From Sulfurihydrogenibium sp. (GTDB lineage Bacteria > Aquificota > Aquificia > Aquificales > Hydrogenothermaceae), in NCBI GenBank assembly GCA_037442825.1, contig JBBIPN010000026.1, positions 1-16,340 of the forward strand: 16,340 nt of DNA, given 5' to 3'. Shown here piece after piece: positions 8,651-16,340 of this stretch. Within the stretch, counting starts at the first letter, position 1, and the number at the start of each line of letters is the position of its first letter. Both the position numbers and the translations under genes were made by a program. Below the pieces are notes generated by a model. That model was not told the DNA's origin, did not search any database, and was given only the letters and a program-made list of their open reading frames with translations.

Positions 8651-10534
8651 TTCTTCTTCGTTTTTTACCGGTATTTGAATATTTTCTTCATTATTTATGA
8701 TTTTATCGTTTTTAATATTTTGATTAATGCTAAAAATAGCATTTTTTAACAATGAAGCATAAATCTTTACACCTCTTTGATTTAAATGTACTTTATCTTT
8801 TACAAATATTTCATCTTTATCCTGACTGTAAGAATACCAATCTATAATCTTTACATTAGGATATTCATTAGCTATTTCACGGTATAAGTTATTTACTTGA
8901 TTTTGCCAAGGTTTTGGGACTTTAACAGTAACAAAATAAATATCTTTATCTTTTAATTTCTCAATTATATTCACAACATCACTTTTTCTAACATAACCAT
9001 TGTTACCAAGAGCAATTACTATTTTATTATAATCTTTAAATTTCCCTTCATCTATAAGAGAACGAATTTCTCTAAACTGTCTTCCTACCTTTGCATCTAT
9101 ATAAGAATTAGGTAGATAATCTTTTAAATACGTTGAAGCACTAAGTAAAACAGAGTCTCCTACCAAAAATATATCTCCTTGGACATTTCCTCCTGAAAAT
9201 TTTTCTGTATTAAAACTTACTGTAGTATCATGAGATTTATTAATTTCGATTTTATTATCTACAACTTCAATTTCCTTTGAAACTAAATGAGATTTATCAT
9301 CATAAGACACAAGTACAGCATTTTCTTGAGATTGTATATTTTTAGATATATCTTTATTAGCATTGGAAATAGTATATACATTAGCCAAATATCCTATAAA
9401 AATACCAACACATATAGAACTTAAAGATAGATTCAAGAATACCCTTAAATTAGCAACATACTCAAAATTCAGTTTTCTAAATGTTTCTTCTATTAGGTAA
9501 TAATTTACGTTTGATATTAATAGACTTAAAATAACTGCCATAACTACAATTTCTAAATTAGGATTGTTAAATAAGCTGTAAGTAAATGCAAAAATTGGAT
9601 AGTGCCATAAATAGATCGAATAGCTTTTTTTCCCTAAAATACTTAATATTGAGATAGATTTATTTAGATAATCAGATTTAATAATAGATAAGATTAAAAT
9701 GTCTGAAACAAAAGAAACAAATAGAAAACCAAAAGAGTACATATAATCATTGTAGTTATTAAGATAAAAATATGATAAGATTAAAATAATAAGAGCAATA
9801 GATCCTATAATTCCAAACTTTAAATTATCTTTACTAAATTTATCTTCATTTATTGCCAATAGAGAACCTAACAAGAAAGAAAATATCCTTGTATCACTTC
9901 CAAAATATACTCTATCAATATTTTCATAAATGTGATAAATATGAAACATTGCAAAAATAGAGATAAATGTTAATACTGTTATGAATAAATTTATTTCAAA
10001 CCTTTCTAAAAATTTTGTTAAAATTAAGAAAACTAACCCCCAAAGTATGTAAAATTGCCACTCTATCGAAAGTGACCAAAAATGTAGGTTATAAGATATG
10101 TCATTAAACTTCTCAAAATAAGGTATGTAATTAAATATTAACCACCAATTGTATACATTTAATGTCCCAAATATAGCTTCTGAAAGTATTTTATTAAATT
10201 TCTCAGGAAAAATATAGTAAAAAACTAATAACTCTATAGAAATCAAATATAATAAAGAAGGTAAAAGTCTTAGTATTCTTGATTTTAAAAATAAAAGATA
10301 ACTTATAAATACACTTTGATTTTTTCCTTGAATTCTTAGAAGAGATTTTGTTATTAAATATCCTGATAACACAAAAAAGGATTCAACAGCAAGAAAACCA
10401 CCAGAAAAATAATCTAAGTCTTCTGGATAAAAAACAAGGAAAACATGAAAAACTAAAACAGATAAGACTAATATCCCCCTAAGTCCATCTAATCCAGATA
10501 TATAACTGTTTTCTTTTTTAACTTCTTCAACCAT
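8633..10534 (-). CDS. OatA-like O-acetyltransferase: acyltransferase-3 membrane domain, linker and SGNH domain
   Basis: AT3 motifs GLDGLRG, GGFLAVESFFVLSGYLIT, RILRLLP, HFWSLSIEWQFY, RVYFGSDTR, GKKSYSIYLWHYPI. SGNH motifs GDSV, DAKVGRQ, LGNNG, IIDWY, DKVHL. Confidence 0.88.
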   Translation of the reverse strand: MVEEVKKENSYISGLDGLRGILVLSVLVFHVFLVFYPEDLDYFSGGFLAVESFFVLSGYLITKSLLRIQGKNQSVFISYLLFLKSRILRLLPSLLYLISIELLVFYYIFPEKFNKILSEAIFGTLNVYNWWLIFNYIPYFEKFNDISYNLHFWSLSIEWQFYILWGLVFLILTKFLERFEINLFITVLTFISIFAMFHIYHIYENIDRVYFGSDTRIFSFLLGSLLAINEDKFSKDNLKFGIIGSIALIILILSYFYLNNYNDYMYSFGFLFVSFVSDILILSIIKSDYLNKSISILSILGKKSYSIYLWHYPIFAFTYSLFNNPNLEIVVMAVILSLLISNVNYYLIEETFRKLNFEYVANLRVFLNLSLSSICVGIFIGYLANVYTISNANKDISKNIQSQENAVLVSYDDKSHLVSKEIEVVDNKIEINKSHDTTVSFNTEKFSGGNVQGDIFLVGDSVLLSASTYLKDYLPNSYIDAKVGRQFREIRSLIDEGKFKDYNKIVIALGNNGYVRKSDVVNIIEKLKDKDIYFVTVKVPKPWQNQVNNLYREIANEYPNVKIIDWYSYSQDKDEIFVKDKVHLNQRGVKIYASLLKNAIFSINQNIKNDKIINNEENIQIPVKNEEELKHSN

Positions 10535-11096
10535 TATAGTCTATAAACTTTTTAACATACTTATAAATAATAAAAGAATATATATAACTTCCAACTTGTG
10601 TTAGATGATAACCATCTTTTCTAAAACATTCAGGAATATCACTCCTATTACATACAACTTCACTTATAGATTTCCAGTCTATTACTTCGATTTGTGGTCT
10701 TAATTTCTTTAATATCTCATATGTACCATTTACTTCTTCTTCCCACCATCTTGGAACTTTTGTGTTTATAAAGATAACTTTTTTATTTCTGTTAGATAGA
10801 TAATCAATAACTTCTAAACCTTCTTCAATATTAAAGACTCCATTTGTTCCAAGAGCAATTACAACTATATCCTTTAAAAGTCCTTGATATTCTAAAACTT
10901 TAATTCTTTCCATCGCTTCTTGAAATTTTCTTCCAACTTGTGCGTCTATAACTGCATCTGGAAGGTAGTACTTTATATAATCGCTACTTCCTACTGTTAA
11001 ACTATCACCTATAATAGTAACTGATATTTTTTCTTGACTTATAGCTTTTTCCCATAAAACTAAATTAACAAATAAAATAAATAAAATTTTTACCAT
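10527..11096 (-). CDS. Stand-alone secreted or anchored SGNH protein resembling the OatA C-terminal domain
   Basis: N-terminal hydrophobic signal, then GDSL, DAQVGRK, LGTNG, KVPRWWE, IDW and DGYHL. Overlaps the downstream AT3-SGNH start by 8 nt. Confidence 0.85.
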   Translation of the reverse strand: MVKILFILFVNLVLWEKAISQEKISVTIIGDSLTVGSSDYIKYYLPDAVIDAQVGRKFQEAMERIKVLEYQGLLKDIVVIALGTNGVFNIEEGLEVIDYLSNRNKKVIFINTKVPRWWEEEVNGTYEILKKLRPQIEVIDWKSISEVVCNRSDIPECFRKDGYHLTQVGSYIYSFIIYKYVKKFIDYNG

Positions 11097-11123
11097 TGAA
11101 AAACTATCTCTTACTGATATAAT
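11096..11123 (+). promoter_or_regulatory. Putative sigma70 promoter for dnaC-hisB-regulator: TTGAAA-16 nt-TATAAT with extended TG
   Basis: TTGAAA at 11096-11101, TG at 11115-11116, TATAAT at 11118-11123. Confidence 0.6.
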
Positions 11124-11132
11124 TTTTTAATA

Positions 11133-11141
11133 ATTTTAACA
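11133..11141 (-). promoter_or_regulatory. Putative extended -10 promoter (TGtTAAAAT) for the SGNH-OatA pair
   Basis: The minus strand reads TGTTAAAAT 36 nt upstream of ATG 11096. Confidence 0.45.
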
Positions 11142-11158
11142 AAATTTAAGGATTGATG

Positions 11159-11875
11159 ATGAGTGAAATTAGATGTGAAAAGTGTAATGATTTAGGTTGG
11201 GTTTATGATAAAAATGGTAATGCTATAAGATGTGATTGTATATCAGAAAAAGAAATAGAAAAAGTAAACAAATCTTTAAATATTCCAAGAAAATATTACC
11301 ATTCTACTTTATCAAACTTTAAACCTATATTACCTTCCCACATTGTTTTAATTGAAAAGATAAAAGAATATATATACTCCAATGACTATAAAGAAGGAAA
11401 AGGAATTTTCTTTTATGGAAAACATGGTGTCGGAAAAACACATTTAGCTGTCAGTATATTAAAAGAGTTTTATTTTAAAAGGCACATTACTGGACTGTTT
11501 TATGACACAAGAATACTTCTATATGACCTAAAAAGTACATTTGAAGGTAATACATCTACAAGAGAATTACTAAATGAAGTAATAAGGTCTCCTATTCTTG
11601 TATTAGATGACCTTGCAAGTGAAAGACTTACAGATTGGGCAAAAGATATACTTCACTATATCATTATCAGTAGATATAACGATAAACTTCCTGTTATAAT
11701 AACATCTAATTTATCATTAGAAGATGAAGAAGATTTTGTTGTAAGTATAGAAGGAAAATTTGGAAAAGGAATAGCTTCAAGGTTAAGTGAGATATGTACA
11801 CTTTTACTTATAGAAGGTGAAGACCAAAGAAAAAGTAGTTTTAAAGAATACTGGATAGGAGAAAAAAATGATTAG
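11159..11875 (+). CDS. dnaC: DnaC/DnaI/IstB-like AAA+ ATPase, probable replicative helicase loader
   Basis: N-terminal CEKC...CDC Zn motif, IPRKY, Walker A GKHGVGKT, Walker B LVLDDL, IITSN, SRL, GEDQR. ATG 11159 fits SD AAGGA better than TTG 11153. No istA or phage genes nearby. Confidence 0.75.
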   Translation: MSEIRCEKCNDLGWVYDKNGNAIRCDCISEKEIEKVNKSLNIPRKYYHSTLSNFKPILPSHIVLIEKIKEYIYSNDYKEGKGIFFYGKHGVGKTHLAVSILKEFYFKRHITGLFYDTRILLYDLKSTFEGNTSTRELLNEVIRSPILVLDDLASERLTDWAKDILHYIIISRYNDKLPVIITSNLSLEDEEDFVVSIEGKFGKGIASRLSEICTLLLIEGEDQRKSSFKEYWIGEKND

Positions 11876-12455
11876 AAAAGCATTTATAAAGAGAGAGACA
11901 AAAGAAACACAGATAGAGTTATCGATAAATTTAGATGGAACAGGAAAATATAATGTAGATACTCAAATAGGATTTTTATCTCATATGCTTGAAAGTTTTT
12001 CTTTTCATTCAATGATTGATTTAGAAATAATGGCAACTGGTGATATACATGTAAGTTATCACCATCTTGTTGAGGATGTCGGTATTGTTTTAGGTCAAGC
12101 TGTAAAAGAAGCTATTGGTGATAAAAAAGGTATAAAAAGGTTTGGGTACAGTATTATTCCAATGGATGAAGCTTTAGCAATGTGTAGCATAGATTTATCT
12201 GGTAGACCACTTTTATTTTATGATGATTTAGGTTTTAGAGGAAAGATTACAAATTTTGACTATGAACTTATGGGTGAGTTTTTTAAAGGTTTTGCACTTT
12301 CAGCAGGTATAACTATGCACCTAAAAGCTTTATCAGGTAATAGTTTACACCATATAGCAGAGTGTTTAACAAAAGCTTTTGCTATAGCACTAAAAGAAGC
12401 AGTATCGATAGATAATAGAAGATTAGAAATACCATCAACAAAAGGAGCTATTTAG
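11868..12455 (+). CDS. hisB: Imidazoleglycerol-phosphate dehydratase
   Basis: [54 protein letters not shown]. Confidence 0.97.
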   Translation: MIRKAFIKRETKETQIELSINLDGTGKYNVDTQIGFLSHMLESFSFHSMIDLEIMATGDIHVSYHHLVEDVGIVLGQAVKEAIGDKKGIKRFGYSIIPMDEALAMCSIDLSGRPLLFYDDLGFRGKITNFDYELMGEFFKGFALSAGITMHLKALSGNSLHHIAECLTKAFAIALKEAVSIDNRRLEIPSTKGAI

Positions 12456-12465
12456 GAGGTAAAAA

Positions 12466-13095
12466 ATGGAAAATAGTTTAAATAGAAAAGCAGAGATTTT
12501 AAAACTCCTTAGAGAAAAAGGGGAAATGACTGTAAAAGAGTTGAGTCATATTTTTAATGTTTCAGAAATGACAATATACAGAGATATTAGAGAGTTGGAA
12601 AAAGAGGGAGAGCTAAAAAGAAAGCATGGTTCTATAATGATTAATAGTTTCGAAAATAAAGAATCTGTATCTTTAAAGTCTTGTCCTATATGTGCTAAGC
12701 CTATAGTTAGATCTCATCCTTATAAAATTATTATAGAAGGTTCAAAAGTTGTGGAAGCTTGTTGTGAACATTGTGGGCTTATGCTTCATCAAAAGTATGC
12801 TGATACATCTGTATCAGCTTTTACATTTGATTTTATAACAGAAAAACCCGTTAATGCTTTGGATGCTTACTATGTTGTTGGAAGCAGTGCAATTCCTTGT
12901 TGTAGTCCAAGTGTAATACCATTTATTAACAAAGAAGATGCTGAAAAATTTGCAAAAGGATTTGGTGGTACTGTTTTAAGCTTTCTAGATGCTTACAATG
13001 AAATAATAAACAGAATGAATATAAACATAAAAAGCTGCTGTACACCTACATCACAAGTTAATTTTGTCTTAAAAGATCTAAATAAAAAAACTTAA
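12466..13095 (+). CDS. DeoR-HTH plus NosL-like Cys-rich regulator, YcnK/CutR-like (probable copper sensor)
   Basis: HTH FNVSEMTIYRDIREL...KHG; C-terminal CPIC, CCEHC, DF, AYYVVGS, PCCSPSVIPF and AEKFAKGFGG match the Bacillus subtilis YcnK layout as I recall it. Strong SD AGGAGGT. Confidence 0.8.
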   Translation: MENSLNRKAEILKLLREKGEMTVKELSHIFNVSEMTIYRDIRELEKEGELKRKHGSIMINSFENKESVSLKSCPICAKPIVRSHPYKIIIEGSKVVEACCEHCGLMLHQKYADTSVSAFTFDFITEKPVNALDAYYVVGSSAIPCCSPSVIPFINKEDAEKFAKGFGGTVLSFLDAYNEIINRMNINIKSCCTPTSQVNFVLKDLNKKT

Positions 13096-13667
13096 GTACT
13101 AATTTTTGGATACTTTTTTTGCTTGTCTATTTCATGAACATCTTCAGCGGCAAATTTATTTTCTTTTAGTAAATTATATATTTTTAGAGCTTTGTCCTTT
13201 GATTTTAAAGCAAAAACTAACCCACAATGAGGATAAATCTCTTTTGGAACTGGTAACATTATATAAAAGTCAATATTCCTTTCTTTTAAAAATTTATCTG
13301 CCCTTAAACCTTCTGCCACAGATACAAATGTTATTAAGTATTTTGGTTTGTTAAATGGTATTAAATCTAATAAATGCTTTATAAAGTGTAATTTTACACC
13401 AAGAGAAATAAACTTTATTTTATCCCATAGATTTTCACCTTTAAAACCTTTTCCTCTTTCTATTATAGCTACATAATAACCGCTTTCTTCTTTAAACTCT
13501 ATTAGTTTATTGCCTGTTTCAAAAGCCCAAACTTCTATATCTTTTTTAAAAGCTTTATCGTCTGCTAAAACTTTTAATCTTTCTCCAACAGGTATATCTT
13601 TTAATTTACGTGATACAAAAGTTAAAGGTAAAGGACAGAATAGTCCTCTTGTATCTAATATTTCCAT
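13092..13667 (-). CDS. TusA/SirA-family sulfur carrier fused to a DUF3343-like domain
   Basis: Residues 1-72: LDTRGLFCPLP...GERLKVLADD...DIEVW (TusA). Residues about 108-185: YLITFVSVAEGLRADKFLK...LPVPKEIYPHCGL (DUF3343-like). Confidence 0.8.
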   Translation of the reverse strand: MEILDTRGLFCPLPLTFVSRKLKDIPVGERLKVLADDKAFKKDIEVWAFETGNKLIEFKEESGYYVAIIERGKGFKGENLWDKIKFISLGVKLHFIKHLLDLIPFNKPKYLITFVSVAEGLRADKFLKERNIDFYIMLPVPKEIYPHCGLVFALKSKDKALKIYNLLKENKFAAEDVHEIDKQKKYPKIST

Positions 13668-13672
13668 ATTAA

Positions 13673-14023
13673 CTACCTTCCTTTACATATTAATTTTCCA
13701 AGTGGTTCACCACCAACTAAATGCCAATGAATATGGAAAACTTCTTGACCTGAATCTTTTCCAGAGTTTATAATCAATCTAAATCCTGATTGATCTATAT
13801 TAAACATCTTAGCTATTTCATTTGCTTTAAGTATTATATGACCTATTAATGTTTTATGTCTTCCTTCAAAGTATAAGTTATTAGGTATATGTTCTTTTGG
13901 AATTATTAAAATATGAACTTTTGCTTGTGGGTTAATATCATGAAATGCCATGATAAGGTCATCTTCGTATACTATTTTTGACTGTATTTCTTTATTTACT
14001 ATTTTACAAAACACACAATCCAT
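13673..14023 (-). CDS. HIT-family (HinT-like) nucleotide phosphoramidase
   Basis: DCVFCKI, AFHDINPQA, HILIIPKEH, and GQEVFHIHWHLVGG (histidine triad). Confidence 0.95.
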   Translation of the reverse strand: MDCVFCKIVNKEIQSKIVYEDDLIMAFHDINPQAKVHILIIPKEHIPNNLYFEGRHKTLIGHIILKANEIAKMFNIDQSGFRLIINSGKDSGQEVFHIHWHLVGGEPLGKLICKGR

Positions 14024-14026
14024 TTT

Positions 14027-15115
14027 TTAACCTCCTTTTTTCACTGCTGTCTTTTTTAGTATATCAAAAAGTTTTTCCATATTCCATCCCTTTTCTGCCG
14101 ATACAGTTATAACATTTTCACCAATATCTTCTTCTAAATACTCTTGTGAAGGTATCACTTTATCAACTTTGTTGTATACAGTTATTATTGGTTTTTCTGA
14201 TAGTTTTAATTTATTTAGGATTTCTATAACTGCTTCTTCTTTCTTCTTCCAGTTTGGGTCTGAAATATCTATAACATGTAAAATAACATCTGCATTTTCA
14301 ATCTCTTGTAAGGTAGTCATAAATGCATCCATAATCTCTTTTGGCATATCTTCAACAAAACCTACCGTATCGGTTATTAAAACTTTTTTATTGATATCTG
14401 GAAAGTTTATAACAGATGTTTTTGTATCAAGTGTTGCAAACAGTTTATTTGATATATAAACATCCCTTTTTGTAAGCTTTTTTAAAAGTGAAGATTTTCC
14501 AGCATTTGTATAACCAATTAAAGATACTTTCAATATATTTGGATTGTTTTCCCTTGATTTTCTTTGTTGATATCTTTGTTTCTCTATTTCTTTTAACTCT
14601 TTTTTTATTCTTGCTATTCTATCTCTTATAGTTCTCATCTTTATCTCACCTATTTTTTCACCAGCTCCTTTTGTCTTCATCCCACCACCAATTCTTGATA
14701 ACTCTTTTCCCATCTGTCCATATATTCTTGGAAGCTGATGTTGTAAATAAGCAAGTTCAACTTGTAATTTAGCTTGTTTTGTTTTAGCATTGTTTAAAAA
14801 TATCTGTAAGATCAAGTCTGTTCTATCAAGAATATTAGCATTTATATCTTTTGATAAATTAGATATCTGAACCGGAGAAAGATTTACATTAAATACAACT
14901 GTATCTGCTTCTATTCCTTCAACTAACGTTGCTATTTCTTTAACCTTACCTTTACCTATAAAATAAGCAGGATCTGGCGATTCTCTCTTCTGATATACCT
15001 TACCTACAACTTTACCACCAGCACTTTCTACAAGTCCCTCAAGTTCTTCTATCTGGTAATCAAATTCTTTTTCAAATTTTTTTAAATTTACAGCTACTAT
15101 TATAACTTTATTCAA
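14027..15115 (-). CDS. hflX: Ribosome-associated GTPase HflX, short form without a C-terminal domain
   Basis: DRTDLILQIF, KLQVELAYL, G1 GYTNAGKSS, G2 LFATLD, G3 DTVGF, G4 NKVD, G5 SA. TTG start 2 nt after the hfq stop. Confidence 0.96.
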   Translation of the reverse strand: MNKVIIVAVNLKKFEKEFDYQIEELEGLVESAGGKVVGKVYQKRESPDPAYFIGKGKVKEIATLVEGIEADTVVFNVNLSPVQISNLSKDINANILDRTDLILQIFLNNAKTKQAKLQVELAYLQHQLPRIYGQMGKELSRIGGGMKTKGAGEKIGEIKMRTIRDRIARIKKELKEIEKQRYQQRKSRENNPNILKVSLIGYTNAGKSSLLKKLTKRDVYISNKLFATLDTKTSVINFPDINKKVLITDTVGFVEDMPKEIMDAFMTTLQEIENADVILHVIDISDPNWKKKEEAVIEILNKLKLSEKPIITVYNKVDKVIPSQEYLEEDIGENVITVSAEKGWNMEKLFDILKKTAVKKGG

Positions 15116-15117
15116 TC

Positions 15118-15306
15118 TTACTCTATAACTATTGTACTAATAGCGTGTTTGTAAATAAGTTGTTGCTGACCATTAACATCTAAAAGTATTGTAAATTGAT
15201 CTGCATCTAAAATTTTACCTACTATTCTTGTTCCTCTTATAAGGTAAACAGTTAATTCTTTACCTTCTTTTCTATATTCATTTAAAATTTCATCTTGAAC
15301 TGCCAT
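15118..15306 (-). CDS. hfq: RNA chaperone Hfq, minimal 62-aa core
   Basis: QD..LN helix, Sm1 VYL..G...G...DQFTILL, Sm2 IYKHAISTI; canonical miaA-hfq-hflX context; SD GGAGG. Confidence 0.95.
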   Translation of the reverse strand: MAVQDEILNEYRKEGKELTVYLIRGTRIVGKILDADQFTILLDVNGQQQLIYKHAISTIVIE

Positions 15307-15307
15307 T

Positions 15308-16219
15308 TTATTCCTCCTGTGTTATTTTTTTATATACGTAATTTACAGTTTTATCTAAATTTTCCACCCACAATCTTTCAAAATCAGTTTTATTTTTAAA
15401 TGTTCTAATCTGTCTTTTAGCAAAATCTTTAGTATTATTTATTATACTATCTTTAGCTTCTTCGAGTGATATTTTTTTATCAAGGTATGGTAATAGTTCT
15501 TTATATCCTATAGCTTGCATTGAAGTAATACTGTCTCTAAATCCCATATCAACTAACTTCTTAACTTCATCAACAAGACCCTTTTCAAACATCTTCTCAA
15601 CTCTTAATTTTATTCTTTCCATAAGTTCTGATTTATCTCTTTCAAGAATAAAGCCAATAAAGTCGTATTTTTTATCTTTAAATTTATGATTTAGTATGAA
15701 ATCTGAAAATGGTTTTTTAGTTAAAAAATAAACCTCTAAAGCTCTAACTATTCTTCTTTTATCATTAGTGTGAATTTTCTCTGCATAGTATGGATCTACT
15801 TCCTTTAGTTTGTTGTAAAGTGTAATGTTATCTTCTTTATAAAGTTCTTCTCTTAACTTCCAATCACCTTCAGGTGCCTCTGAAAGTCCATATAAAGATC
15901 CTTGAATATAAAGCCAGGTACCACCCACTACAATAGCTGTCTTCTCTTTAAAAAAAATATCTTTTAATGCTTTATCAAAATGTTGTATATAGTCTTTAAC
16001 TGAAAAAATCTCAGAAGGTTCAACTAAATCTATAAGATGATGTTCTATAGATTCTCTTTCTTCTACAGATGGTTTAGCTGTTCCTATATCCATATACTTA
16101 TAAACCATCATAGAGTCAGCACTGATTACTTCTCCATTTAACATTTTAGCAAGTTTTATACCTAATTCAGTTTTTCCAGTAGCAGTAGCACCAGCTATAA
16201 CTATAACTTTTTTAGTCAT
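15308..16219 (-). CDS. miaA: tRNA (adenosine37-N6)-dimethylallyltransferase
   Basis: GATATGKT, ISADSMMVYKYMDIGTAKP, HHLID, VGGTWLY, NDKRRIVRALEV, QAIGYKE, FAKRQ. Confidence 0.97.
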   Translation of the reverse strand: MTKKVIVIAGATATGKTELGIKLAKMLNGEVISADSMMVYKYMDIGTAKPSVEERESIEHHLIDLVEPSEIFSVKDYIQHFDKALKDIFFKEKTAIVVGGTWLYIQGSLYGLSEAPEGDWKLREELYKEDNITLYNKLKEVDPYYAEKIHTNDKRRIVRALEVYFLTKKPFSDFILNHKFKDKKYDFIGFILERDKSELMERIKLRVEKMFEKGLVDEVKKLVDMGFRDSITSMQAIGYKELLPYLDKKISLEEAKDSIINNTKDFAKRQIRTFKNKTDFERLWVENLDKTVNYVYKKITQEE

Positions 16220-16249
16220 AAAATCCTCTTACTTTTAGTGTGTTAATAT

Positions 16250-16277
16250 ATACTACTTTATTATATTTTAAAGTCAA
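16250..16277 (-). promoter_or_regulatory. Putative sigma70 promoter for the miaA operon: TTGACT-16 nt-TAGTAT
   Basis: Minus-strand TTGACT (16277-16272) and TAGTAT (16255-16250) upstream of the GAGGA SD of miaA. Confidence 0.45.
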
Positions 16278-16320
16278 TTTTTTAGATAATAACTTATAAC
16301 AAATTACTTTAAAAATTTTA

Positions 16321-16329
16321 TGTTATAAT
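16321..16329 (+). promoter_or_regulatory. Putative extended -10 (TGtTATAAT) for a gene beyond the window
   Basis: Perfect TGnTATAAT in the intergenic region divergent from miaA. Confidence 0.45.
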
Positions 16330-16340
16330 CTAAATTAGTT

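Noticed and set aside
11153..11875. IS21 IstB helper or prophage replication ATPase
   Set aside because: No istA transposase, terminal repeats or phage genes. It overlaps hisB in a housekeeping operon, so a chromosomal helicase loader is more likely.
13092..13667. Selenocysteine recoding in the TusA/DUF3343 fusion
   Set aside because: Both cysteines are TGT codons and there is no in-frame TGA.
436..14459. Other short ORFs in the track (436-675, 884-1153, 3268-3477, 6128-6349, 7581-7784, 13106-13354, 13510-13773, 14169-14459)
   Set aside because: All lie antisense to well-supported genes and show no recognisable motifs.
1..16340. CRISPR array, tRNA/rRNA/ncRNA, tandem repeats or riboswitch
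   Set aside because: Intergenic gaps are at most about 165 nt, very AT-rich and lack GC-rich stems or periodic repeats. A covariance-model search was not possible.

Overview
AT-rich, gene-dense chromosomal window. The host is probably an Aquificota (Hydrogenothermaceae-like) diderm; this is inferred from protein style, scattered his genes, a DnaC-type loader and an O-antigen ligase. It holds six apparent transcription units: htrA-sigma70 (+); secD-secF-hisC-O-antigen ligase (-); an internally deleted kup remnant followed by coaBC (+); a stand-alone SGNH gene plus an OatA-like AT3-SGNH acyltransferase (-); dnaC-hisB-YcnK/CutR-like metal sensor (+); and miaA-hfq-hflX-HIT-TusA/DUF3343 fusion (-). 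I saw no RNA genes, CRISPR arrays, IS elements or prophage. The best leads are the Gram-positive-type OatA paired with a second free OatA-C-like SGNH protein, the split kup remnant (its N-terminal piece is missing from the ORF track) coupled to coaBC, the TusA-DUF3343 fusion, and the orphan Cys-rich YcnK-like regulator. All family calls come from motif recognition by eye, without database searches.
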